Assembly: GCA_938021685.1 (NCBI GenBank)
Contig: CALIFM010000185.1
Location: 1 to 31,818, forward strand
DNA: 31,818 nucleotides
DNA from: an uncultured Gammaproteobacteria bacterium
GTDB taxonomy: Bacteria > Pseudomonadota > Gammaproteobacteria > Arenicellales > Poriferihabitantaceae
Reading direction: 5' to 3'
Shown: piece by piece, positions 9,629-18,131 of the stretch
Numbering within the stretch: position 1 is the stretch's first letter
Layout of the letters: the number at the start of each line of letters is the position of its first letter
Notes under the pieces: generated by a model
The model's input: the letters and a program-made list of their open reading frames with translations, nothing else
Told to the model about the DNA's origin: nothing
Database searches by the model: none
Translations under genes and position numbers: made by a program

Positions 9629-10420
9629 TTAACCTAATTTATTTTTCACTAAGTCGAGCGCTTCATGCCATTTTGCAAAGGCGCCATCGGCTTCTAGTTG
9701 GTCGATGCCTAATTTGGTATATGTGCCGTCGCGAGCAATTTCATCGCATAAGTCTTGCGTGCTTTGCGCAGGCCGACCTAAGGCATAATGAGCTGCACCT
9801 AATATATTGTGCAACACCATGTCTCGGGCTAGTTTTGGGTCAAGACCTTGTTGTTCTAACCAGCTAATTTGCTCGGCAAAAAAACGATATAACCAGCCAT
9901 GCAAAACGGCATGAGTAGCGGCTAAATCAAATTGTGATTCATCGTCAAAGGCAATTGCCTTGCCAAGGTTGTTGGCTAAGTCCAGTGCTGGTTTTATGGG
10001 AGGATGTACGGGCACAAAACCTTGGGCATTTTCAGCCGCCACTGTCGGCAGCATCAGCGCTAACTGCTCAGGTAGCTCGGCTTTGGCGCGAAGCTCGTCC
10101 ATATCAATACCAGCCATAGCGGAAATAACGACTTTATCGCTCGCGCTCGCGAAGTCACATTCCGCCAATAAGGCATCAGCTTGAAAAGGCCGAACAGCTA
10201 GTAAAATCATATCGCTGTGATCGATCACTTCTTGGTTGTTACTGGCGATTTTGCAATTAAAGGCCTTAGCCAGCTTGGCCGATTGTGCTGCACCGCGTGG
10301 GCTTAACATGATATCTCTCGTATCTCCCGCATGACGCAAACCCTGAACGGTGTAGCTGGCTAGATGGCCCACGCCTAGAATGCCAAGACTGGGGTAGGTA
10401 GCAGCAGTGGGTGTGGTCAT
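9629..10420 (-). CDS. Divergent pyrroline-5-carboxylate reductase-like NAD(P)-dependent oxidoreductase
   Basis: LGILGVGHLA Rossmann motif, SNNQEVIDHSDMILLAVRP, VISAMAGI, FDDESQFD; ProC SPGGTT loop replaced by ARDGTYT. Confidence 0.72.
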   Translation of the reverse strand: MTTPTAATYPSLGILGVGHLASYTVQGLRHAGDTRDIMLSPRGAAQSAKLAKAFNCKIASNNQEVIDHSDMILLAVRPFQADALLAECDFASASDKVVISAMAGIDMDELRAKAELPEQLALMLPTVAAENAQGFVPVHPPIKPALDLANNLGKAIAFDDESQFDLAATHAVLHGWLYRFFAEQISWLEQQGLDPKLARDMVLHNILGAAHYALGRPAQSTQDLCDEIARDGTYTKLGIDQLEADGAFAKWHEALDLVKNKLG

Positions 10421-10576
10421 ATTAGTTATTTAGATAGGTTAAAAGGGATCGTGTGATGATAGCTTAATTTATGCGATTTGTAGTGACTAGGTGATTGCGC
10501 CTGTCGATCAATTAGTGGTAGTTTATCAGCGGAAAACAAGCAATGAAAATCAACAATATATTTAAAGGGCAATCAG

Positions 10577-11755
10577 ATGAAATTATGGCTTAACAAACAC
10601 CAAACATCGCAATATTCAGAACATGCCGCCACCATGATTGCGCAGTCGCATGTGCAAGATGCCCTTTCTTTGTTGCAGCATTGTCCTGCGCATGGCGTGA
10701 CCGATTTGCATTCGGCGCCGCCGATAGCCGAGCAATTAGGTGTAGGCGCGGTGATGGTAAAAGATGAATCTAACCGCATGGGGCAAGGCAGCTTTAAGGC
10801 ACTGGGCGGTGCTTATGCGGTGTTTGATCTAGCTTTGGCGCATCTCAAGAGCACTACAGGCAGTGATATTGACCCTGCTGATATACGTTCGGCAGCTTAT
10901 CAAGCACAGCTGGGTGAATTAACGGTAGCATGTGCCACGGCGGGCAATCATGGTATCTCGGTAGCTTCAGCAGCGCGCTTGTTGGGTATTGCCTGTGAGG
11001 TGTTTATTAGCGAATCAGTGCCGGAAGAGTTTGCACAACAGTTAAGCCAGCTAGGGGCGACAGTACACCGTGAAGGCGTGGACTATGAAGCCTCTTTTGC
11101 AGCATCGAAAGCCTTGTGTGCTGCACAAGGCGCAAGCCTTATTTCAGATACGTCATGGCAGGGCTATACCGATATTCCGCTAACCATTATGCGCGGTTAT
11201 TTGGTGTTGGCACATGAAGCCGCGCAGCAGTGTGAGCAGATGCATAATGGTGACGGGCCCACGCATATTTTCTTGCAGGCGGCAGTAGGCGGCTTGGCGG
11301 GTAGTGTGGCGGGTTATTTTGCTGATTGCTATGGAATGCAAACTGTTAAGTCGATTGTGGTGGAGCCTACAGGCGCCGCCTGTTTGATGCAAAGCACACA
11401 AGCGGAGAGGATTCAATTGATTGAAGGTAGCCATACCGTGATGGGCCGTTTAGATTGCTTATTACCATCTAAGGTTGGCTATGAGTTATTACGTGATACA
11501 GCTTATGCATTTAGCACCATAGACGACAGCGAAAGTTTTGCCGCCATGCGTTTGGCCAGTGACAATGGTTTACAAATTGGTGAGTCGGGCGCGGCGGGTT
11601 TGGGTGCGTTGATCAGTGCTTGCGCCGACCCTGGGCAGCGTGAAACATTGGGGCTGGATGCGCAATCTCGGGTGTTGCTTGTTGCCTCAGAAGGGCCAGC
11701 CGATTTGGCCTTATTTAGTGAAGTAACCGGACAACAACCCAAAGCCAAGAAATAA
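10577..11755 (+). CDS. Diaminopropionate ammonia-lyase family PLP enzyme (fold type II)
   Basis: VKDESNRMGQGSFKALGGAYA (PLP Lys), ATAGNHG, GVDYEAS, ISDTSWQGY, THIFLQAAVGGLA, IGESGAAGLGAL. Confidence 0.85.
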   Translation: MKLWLNKHQTSQYSEHAATMIAQSHVQDALSLLQHCPAHGVTDLHSAPPIAEQLGVGAVMVKDESNRMGQGSFKALGGAYAVFDLALAHLKSTTGSDIDPADIRSAAYQAQLGELTVACATAGNHGISVASAARLLGIACEVFISESVPEEFAQQLSQLGATVHREGVDYEASFAASKALCAAQGASLISDTSWQGYTDIPLTIMRGYLVLAHEAAQQCEQMHNGDGPTHIFLQAAVGGLAGSVAGYFADCYGMQTVKSIVVEPTGAACLMQSTQAERIQLIEGSHTVMGRLDCLLPSKVGYELLRDTAYAFSTIDDSESFAAMRLASDNGLQIGESGAAGLGALISACADPGQRETLGLDAQSRVLLVASEGPADLALFSEVTGQQPKAKK

Positions 11756-12600
11756 TGAAAAGCAGACGGTTTATCCAATGTGACGTGTTTAGCCGCATCT
11801 CGACTAAAGGCAATGCTTTGGCGGTGGTGGTAGACGGCGAGGGTTTGTCTGACGAGCAGATGCATGATTTTGCCAAATGGACCAACTTAGCTGAAACCAC
11901 TTTTTTGCTGCCACCTAGTGATGAGCGTGCTGACTATAAAGTGCGCATTTTCACCCCAACTCGCGAGATGCCATTTGCAGGTCACCCGACATTGGGCAGC
12001 TGTGCGGCCTGGTTGCACACAGGTGGTCAGCCAAAAGAAGTAGGCTTGGTGCGTCAAGAGTGTGTGATTGGTCTTGTGGACATTGACTTAAGCCTGTCAG
12101 AACCGGCTTTTGTGGCGCCACCTACGGCAGTAAGGCCTATGCAAGCTGCAAACCTAGCAGCGATTAGCGAAGCTTTGCAGCTGGATGCAGATAGTATCGT
12201 GCGTACTGCTGAGTTAGATAATGGCCCAGTGTGGCAGGCTATTGAACTGCAAAGCGCCGAGCAAGTGCTAGCGGTTGAATCAGCAGCAGTGAGATGGCCA
12301 GATTTTAAAGCCATCGGCTTGTTTGGCTCGCGTCAGGCTGGTGATGAATGCGATTACGAAGTACGCATGTTGGCACCTTCAAGCGGTATGAGCGAAGATC
12401 CAATTACTGGCTCGCTAAATTCGGCTTTAGCATGTTGGTTGCATCAGCAAGACCGCTTGCAGGAGCAACAAGTGATGGCGCAAGGCACGGTGATTGGGCG
12501 TCATGGCCGCGTGCACATCGGTTTGCAGCAGGGCGATGAGGCGCGGATTTTAATTGGTGGTCATACCGAGATCCTTATTCAAGGGCATGTGGTGATTTGA
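11755..12600 (+). CDS. PhzF-family isomerase/epimerase (DAP-epimerase fold)
   Basis: DVFS, GNALAVV, TNLAETTF, VRIFTPTREMPFAGHPTLG, EDPITGS; TAATG stop/start overlap with the upstream gene. Confidence 0.92.
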   Translation: MKSRRFIQCDVFSRISTKGNALAVVVDGEGLSDEQMHDFAKWTNLAETTFLLPPSDERADYKVRIFTPTREMPFAGHPTLGSCAAWLHTGGQPKEVGLVRQECVIGLVDIDLSLSEPAFVAPPTAVRPMQAANLAAISEALQLDADSIVRTAELDNGPVWQAIELQSAEQVLAVESAAVRWPDFKAIGLFGSRQAGDECDYEVRMLAPSSGMSEDPITGSLNSALACWLHQQDRLQEQQVMAQGTVIGRHGRVHIGLQQGDEARILIGGHTEILIQGHVVI

Positions 12601-12795
12601 TTGCTGAAAGAAACTGGCTTTTGCTGGTATTTAAAAGCATTGATTTTTTTGCAAGCTAAGAGAGATGCTCCTATAAAGGGACATTCAATTCTAGATAAAG
12701 CGTAGCTTGCTTGCTAGCGATATATGATGATTAAGAGCATTCGGGATATGGCTTATGTTATAAAGTAAGTTGTTGTTAATTTTATTTCTAAGTTA

Positions 12796-13314
12796 TTGAT
12801 GTTTTTTAACTCCCAATACGGTTCAACCGCAAGGCAAGTATTTGGCCTCTTGGGTTGGTTGTTGTTAAGCTTTTTAGCAGCAGCAGCAGGGGTGCTTGCT
12901 TCTGTTGATGTGCCAGAATTTTATGCCAGCTTAAACCAGCCTAGCTGGGCGCCCCCCGCGTGGTTGTTTGGCCCTGCTTGGACGGTTTTATATATACTGA
13001 TCGCCATTGCTGGCTGGCTAGTTTGGCGGCCGCGTGGCTTTGCGGGTGCCCCTTTTGCGCTAAGCTTATTTATAGTGCAGATGGTGTTTAATGCTTTGTG
13101 GACGTGGCTGTTTTTTGTCTGGCACTTAGGGGCATGGTCGTTTGCAGAAATACTCTTTCTGTGGGTGCTGATTGCTAGTACGATCGCTGTGTTTTGGACA
13201 CACAGCCGCAGCGCAGCCTTATTGCTGGTGCCTTACCTAATGTGGGTGACCTTTGCTAGTGCGCTTAACTATGCAATGTGGACACTTAACCCAGAAAAAT
13301 TAGCTGGGTTTTGA
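12796..13314 (+). CDS. tspO: TspO/MBR tryptophan-rich sensory protein
   Basis: FYASLNQPSWAPPAWLFGPAWTVLY, NALWTWLFF, LLVPYLMWVTFASALN; five TM helices. Confidence 0.95.
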   Translation: MMFFNSQYGSTARQVFGLLGWLLLSFLAAAAGVLASVDVPEFYASLNQPSWAPPAWLFGPAWTVLYILIAIAGWLVWRPRGFAGAPFALSLFIVQMVFNALWTWLFFVWHLGAWSFAEILFLWVLIASTIAVFWTHSRSAALLLVPYLMWVTFASALNYAMWTLNPEKLAGF

Positions 13315-13367
13315 GTGGTGAATTAAGCTCTGCCATTGCTGGTGTGTCTTAAGTATTGTAGTAAATC

Positions 13368-14201
13368 ATGGGAAATTCGAGCGTCTCAATTATAAAAAGC
13401 TTTCACTACATCGCAACTCCAGCGGGGATGATGGTGCTTTGTTTATTGTTGTACGCGCTTTTTAGGTTGCTAGGTTGGCGCCGTTTGGGCCATAACATGA
13501 TTGCACTTTGTATCGCTGTGTTTTTAGTGTTTGCGACACCGATCAGTGCTCGATGGATAGAACACCAGTTTATGAATTATATGTATCCGGATGGTCTTGG
13601 TGTGGGCAATAAGCAAGACCATGATGCGATTATTGTGGCAGGATGGCAACAGGCATTTTTACCAGATAATCCTGAAATGGATCGCTTTTGGTCAGACCGG
13701 TTGTGGGTGGCTTCGCGAGTGCATCAAGTTTCTGGTAAGCCGATTGTAATCATCTCTAGCCAATTTCCTATGCCAGGCGCGCCTGATTTAGGCGAGCAGC
13801 CCTATGCGGTTAATAAGCTAACACAATGGGGCGTTGCGCAAGAAAGCATCGTGAATGCTAAGCCCGGTAGAACGACTTATGAAGCGATGTTGCATGGTAA
13901 AAATGAGCTAGTACGTTTGCAAGCAAAAGAAGTGTTGTTGGTGGGGTATGCGCTGCGCACAGCGCGCAAAAAACAAACCCTAGAAAGCTTGCTGAACCAA
14001 GGACAGCCAACTGGCACTTATAAAGTACATTTGCAAACCACTGAATCAGAGCGGAATTTTCGGTTGCTAGACCCGGGGTATTTAGCGGTATGGTTGCCTA
14101 ATGAGAATACGCTTAAGCGCAGTGCTGAAATAATCCATGAAATCGCAGGGCATTTGGGTTATCGTTTAAGTGGCTTGATTAAGGGTGCCGACACAAAGTG
14201 A
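13368..14201 (+). CDS. YdcF/ElyC (DUF218)-like membrane-anchored protein with degenerate motifs
   Basis: Two N-terminal TMs, DAIIVAG, DRLWVA, LGEQPYAVNKLTQWGV, RTTYEA, VLLVGYA, WLPN...EIIHEIAG. Confidence 0.65.
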   Translation: MGNSSVSIIKSFHYIATPAGMMVLCLLLYALFRLLGWRRLGHNMIALCIAVFLVFATPISARWIEHQFMNYMYPDGLGVGNKQDHDAIIVAGWQQAFLPDNPEMDRFWSDRLWVASRVHQVSGKPIVIISSQFPMPGAPDLGEQPYAVNKLTQWGVAQESIVNAKPGRTTYEAMLHGKNELVRLQAKEVLLVGYALRTARKKQTLESLLNQGQPTGTYKVHLQTTESERNFRLLDPGYLAVWLPNENTLKRSAEIIHEIAGHLGYRLSGLIKGADTK

Positions 14202-14222
14202 CAATAGGACTAACTTAAATCA

Positions 14223-15347
14223 TTGCGGATGAATACGAATAAGGAGCCTATTAAAGTAGCGATTGTGCATTACTGGCTAGTAGGGATGCGTGGCGGTGAA
14301 AGGGTGCTGGAAGCGATTTGTGAGCTATACCCGCAAGCCGATTTATTTACTCATGTGGTTGATCATGACAACATCAGCGACACCCTAAAGCGTCACCCGA
14401 TTCACACCAGTTTTATCAATAAGCTGCCGTTTGCTAAAAAGTATTATCAAACCTATTTGCCCTTGATGCCGATTGCGCTAGAGCAGCTAGATTTAACGGC
14501 TTATGATTTGGTTATCAGCACCGAGTCTGGTCCAGCAAAAGGAGTGGTAACCCGCCCGGATGCAGTGCATGTGTGCTATTGCCACACTCCCATGCGTTAT
14601 GCATGGGATATGTATCATGAATATCTGAATCAGCAGAATATGATTAAACGCACTTTGATGCGGCCTTTGTTGCACTATATTCGTTCATGGGATTATCAAT
14701 CTGCTGCTCGTGTCGACCACTTCATCTGCAACTCTAATTATGTGGCGCAGCGGGTGCAAAAATTCTATCGGCGTGACTCGGTAGTGATTAACCCTCCAGT
14801 GGATACCGAGCGCTTTAGTCTTGTCGATTCTGCGAAGGAAAAAAAGCAAGATGCTTATTTATTGCTGGGCCAGTTAGTGCGCTATAAAAAAGCCGACATC
14901 GCCGTTGATGCGTTTAGTCAATTGGGCAAAAAACTGATCGTGATTGGTGTTGGTGAGCAGCTACAAGAACTGAAAAAAAACGCAGCTGACAATATAGAGT
15001 TTTTAGGCTGGCAACAGCAAGAAGACATTGCCATGTATTTGAGAACCTGCCGTGCGTTAGTGTTTCCTGGCATTGAGGATTTCGGCATTGTGCCGCTTGA
15101 GGCGATGGCTTCTGGCACACCGGTGATTGCCTATGGCCAAGGCGGCGCACTAGAAACTGTAGTAGACAAAAAAACAGGTGTGCTGTTTTATGAGCAAACT
15201 GCCGAAGGTTTAGCGCGAGCGGTCACTGAGTTTGAAAAGATTGAATCAAAGTTTTTAGCTGATGCCTTGGTTGCACATGCAGCGGGTTTTGCAACACCTA
15301 AATTCAAACAAAAAATCAAAGCCTTTATTGACAGCAAATTGATCTAG
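14223..15347 (+). CDS. GT4-family glycosyltransferase (mannosyltransferase-like)
   Basis: VAIVHYWLVGMRGGERVLE, HVCYCHTPMRYAWD, LVRYKKAD, EDFGIVPLEAMASGTPVIAYGQGGALETV. Confidence 0.93.
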   Translation: MRMNTNKEPIKVAIVHYWLVGMRGGERVLEAICELYPQADLFTHVVDHDNISDTLKRHPIHTSFINKLPFAKKYYQTYLPLMPIALEQLDLTAYDLVISTESGPAKGVVTRPDAVHVCYCHTPMRYAWDMYHEYLNQQNMIKRTLMRPLLHYIRSWDYQSAARVDHFICNSNYVAQRVQKFYRRDSVVINPPVDTERFSLVDSAKEKKQDAYLLLGQLVRYKKADIAVDAFSQLGKKLIVIGVGEQLQELKKNAADNIEFLGWQQQEDIAMYLRTCRALVFPGIEDFGIVPLEAMASGTPVIAYGQGGALETVVDKKTGVLFYEQTAEGLARAVTEFEKIESKFLADALVAHAAGFATPKFKQKIKAFIDSKLI

Positions 15348-15362
15348 TTAGGCAATTAGGTA

Positions 15363-16010
15363 TTATCCTACTGGGTCGTCGCTAAGAAAATCATATCCTA
15401 GCTGCTTCATCAAATCAGCATTTAGGCTTTGCTTAATGATGTCCTGTTCTTGCTGGTTGAGTTGCGGCAATTCAGTGACCTGCTGATAGTCTTTCTTTTG
15501 CTCGCCAAAGCCATTCACATAGCGCTCAAAAGGCTTGAAGTCCGTCTGTGGTGTGTTTTCGCCCAGCTCAATTTGTAACTTAGCAAATATATCGGCTTGG
15601 TCGGCGGCGAGCTCTTCAGCCTTGATGACCATACCATGCGGTACTTCTTCTAATAAGCGCAGATAGGCGTGGTATTTTTGATTCCACATTTGCAGCACGT
15701 TTTCATAATCTTCAATTGAGTGCTGCAAGAAAAATACAAATGGTAGCTTTTGCAGCATCGGCATATGCTGGTTATAGGGATCACGGTGCATCGCTTTTAG
15801 CCAAGAGTAGGGGTTGCGCACAGTGACCACTACCAAAGTTTGAGATAAATCACGCTTGCGCCATTCTTTCTGCTGCGGTGCAAGGCGGTGTTTCCAACCT
15901 AAAAAGCCATAGTCAAGCAGACGCTGAGAGAAGTTTTGCTGGATAAGCCCTGCGGCGGCGTTACTGGCGGTGTGGCGCTCGCCAAAAATTTTGATTTGCT
16001 CGATTCCCAT
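15363..16010 (-). CDS. Sulfotransferase-like protein (short P-loop fold)
   Basis: KIFGERHTASN (5'-PSB-like), GWKH, VTVRNPYSWLKAM (3'-PB-like), IKAEEL. Confidence 0.62.
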   Translation of the reverse strand: MGIEQIKIFGERHTASNAAAGLIQQNFSQRLLDYGFLGWKHRLAPQQKEWRKRDLSQTLVVVTVRNPYSWLKAMHRDPYNQHMPMLQKLPFVFFLQHSIEDYENVLQMWNQKYHAYLRLLEEVPHGMVIKAEELAADQADIFAKLQIELGENTPQTDFKPFERYVNGFGEQKKDYQQVTELPQLNQQEQDIIKQSLNADLMKQLGYDFLSDDPVG

Positions 16011-16027
16011 AACCGTATTGTAGTCGA

Positions 16028-17146
16028 TTAAGCGCGCAAGTCGGGGCGGCCAATTTGGCGGAGCATCAAATAAATATGCTGCGTTTTGTAGGCTAGAGAG
16101 CGCCGCAAAAAAAAGCGCATAATCCAGCGCGAGCGCAAACTAGGATATTGATTGCCTGCAAGGCTGCTGTGGACTATCTTTAATGTGAGTGTAGACAAAG
16201 CACTTAGTTTATAAGCGTTGAATGCAGCAGGTGGTGTTTGCCCAAACAGGCTGTGCGACAATTGCATCGCCAGTAGCGTGGGTTGCAGCAAGCCAGTTTT
16301 TTTAAGCTCATTTGCCAGTGCTTGCCAGTCGAAGCCTGTTTCGTGTGCAACCGTCGCTGCATTGTGCCAATCAAGCAGCCATTTAAGGCGGCCCCACATC
16401 GCCATGCTGCCATGAATGGGTAGATAGCGTAGATACAGAGGTAGTGAAAAGGTGGTGTAATCATGGCCGTGTAGCTGTACGGTGCTTAATGCAGCGCTGG
16501 CCTTTGCAAAATCAATATTGTAAGCATGCTTGTTCTTATCAAGCCGCCAATGCAGTTCCACTTCAACATGTGGCTTTTGGGGCGACAATAACACTTTGTC
16601 TTTGCGCACTTGTAAAGTTTCACGCCGCTGCTTAGTCTTTTGGGCGGTGATCTGTGTACCAATGGCGGTGTATCCAGCATCAATCAAAGCAGCTTCAGTG
16701 CGCTCTATATCATCAATGGCTACCCATATATCCAAATCTTTGCTATATCGACTAGAGCTGGATGCGCTCAATTGCTGTGACAATAATATCCCTTTGAATG
16801 GGATATAAACGATTCCGTGCTCACCTAATACTTGGTCGAGATGCTGCAATGTGGCTTGTTGTGCCAGTAGCTTAAATTGCATTTCGTGAAATTGCCGTTT
16901 TAAGGGCTGTATCAAGGCCTTAGGCAAGTGTTGAGATTGATCTTTAACCGCAAACCAAAACGGAATTTGCAAGTGATGCCAACGCAGCGCTTGCAATACT
17001 TCATCAGTGTCAAAGGCGGCTAGCTTTTCGAGCAGCGCAGAGAGATTGTCAGTGGTTGAAGCTTTTATGTTGACCGTAATTACCCTGCAAATCAGTGGCA
17101 GCGGGCCAGTGATAAGTTGTGAAGCTTGGGTGTTTTGCTTGGGCAC
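16028..17146 (-). CDS. Uncharacterised nucleotidyltransferase family protein (NTP_transf_5-like)
   Basis: YIPFKGILLSQQL, RYSKDLDIWV (DxD), EVELHWRL, HGSMAMWGRLKWLLDW. Confidence 0.82.
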   Translation of the reverse strand: MPKQNTQASQLITGPLPLICRVITVNIKASTTDNLSALLEKLAAFDTDEVLQALRWHHLQIPFWFAVKDQSQHLPKALIQPLKRQFHEMQFKLLAQQATLQHLDQVLGEHGIVYIPFKGILLSQQLSASSSSRYSKDLDIWVAIDDIERTEAALIDAGYTAIGTQITAQKTKQRRETLQVRKDKVLLSPQKPHVEVELHWRLDKNKHAYNIDFAKASAALSTVQLHGHDYTTFSLPLYLRYLPIHGSMAMWGRLKWLLDWHNAATVAHETGFDWQALANELKKTGLLQPTLLAMQLSHSLFGQTPPAAFNAYKLSALSTLTLKIVHSSLAGNQYPSLRSRWIMRFFLRRSLAYKTQHIYLMLRQIGRPDLRA

Positions 17147-17188
17147 TTTGTCGATGTAATTTAGGGCGATGATTTAATAGTGAAATGC

Positions 17189-18091
17189 CTAAGCAAGCTG
17201 CACATCAAAGTCTAATTTTGCAAGTTTTTTTGCAATTGGCTGCATGCCTAGATAGCGCGCTAAAAATATGTTTTGTGGGCATTGCACGTTCACATTTACG
17301 GTAGAAAATGCCGAAAATAAGCCGCTGGCACCTTGCTCGCTGAGGTATTGCTCGGCAGAATGATGAGTTTGAATTACTTCAAATATATCACTTAGCCAAG
17401 GCCGTTTTTGTTCACGCGGGTGGGGCAAATAGTTAACCGGTTGGTCTTTAAAATAATCCCTTAGTTTTTGTCGATAATGTGCTTCGTTAATGAGGGCGTC
17501 TTCAATCAGCGGTTGACCAATATAAACCAATTTTCCTGACTTAAGTGCAGTGACAGGGTAGTGTAAGTTATGATGGCGAAAACGGTCGCGTACTTGCAAT
17601 TGCTCGCCTCGGTAATTAGTGTCAAACAAGCCGCTTCGATAAAACCCCGCTGCCCATTTGGCCCACTCTTTTAAACGGTAGCGTTTTAGCATCGACTCCA
17701 TGCGCAAGTAATGGTTGAGGCCATCTTCCCACAGCTCCACTCGCTCTGGTCCTGCGTGATCGATAATAAAGCGAGTTATAGGTGTGTAATTGGCAGTTAA
17801 TATAAAGCGACAATTCGGGTGTTGAGCAATGAGATTTTTAATCAACATCGCCACACGTTCGTAGTAAGCGCGGTTGTTTGCGATAGAAAGCAGTGGTCGG
17901 CTTTGCTCAGTGCCAATCTTATGAATGGTATGGGTTAGCGCGTCGATACCGGCTTTTTCCAATGCGCCGTTGTTGCGGTAGTCAATTGCTGCCACCACTT
18001 GCCGAGGATTATGCTTTAGTAAAGCCAGCAGATGGGTACCCATTGGTACAATCACAACCGGTGCTGTTGTGGCGGCTTCGGTGTTTTTCAT
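17189..18091 (-). CDS. Sialyl/nonulosonyl-transferase-like glycosyltransferase (GT38/GT52/GT80-type motifs)
   Basis: ELWEDGLNHY (E-D-G motif), YIGQPL, YLPHPRE (HP motif), SAFSTV; directly downstream of neuB. Confidence 0.68.
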   Translation of the reverse strand: MKNTEAATTAPVVIVPMGTHLLALLKHNPRQVVAAIDYRNNGALEKAGIDALTHTIHKIGTEQSRPLLSIANNRAYYERVAMLIKNLIAQHPNCRFILTANYTPITRFIIDHAGPERVELWEDGLNHYLRMESMLKRYRLKEWAKWAAGFYRSGLFDTNYRGEQLQVRDRFRHHNLHYPVTALKSGKLVYIGQPLIEDALINEAHYRQKLRDYFKDQPVNYLPHPREQKRPWLSDIFEVIQTHHSAEQYLSEQGASGLFSAFSTVNVNVQCPQNIFLARYLGMQPIAKKLAKLDFDVQLA

Positions 18092-18131
18092 TACTAAGTT
18101 TTGAATGCAGCCTAAGCTTGCTTAGCTGTTT

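Noticed and set aside
12724-12768. 14-codon ORF MMIKSIRDMAYVIK upstream of tspO
   Set aside because: No supporting RBS or motif; expected by chance in AT-rich intergenic DNA.
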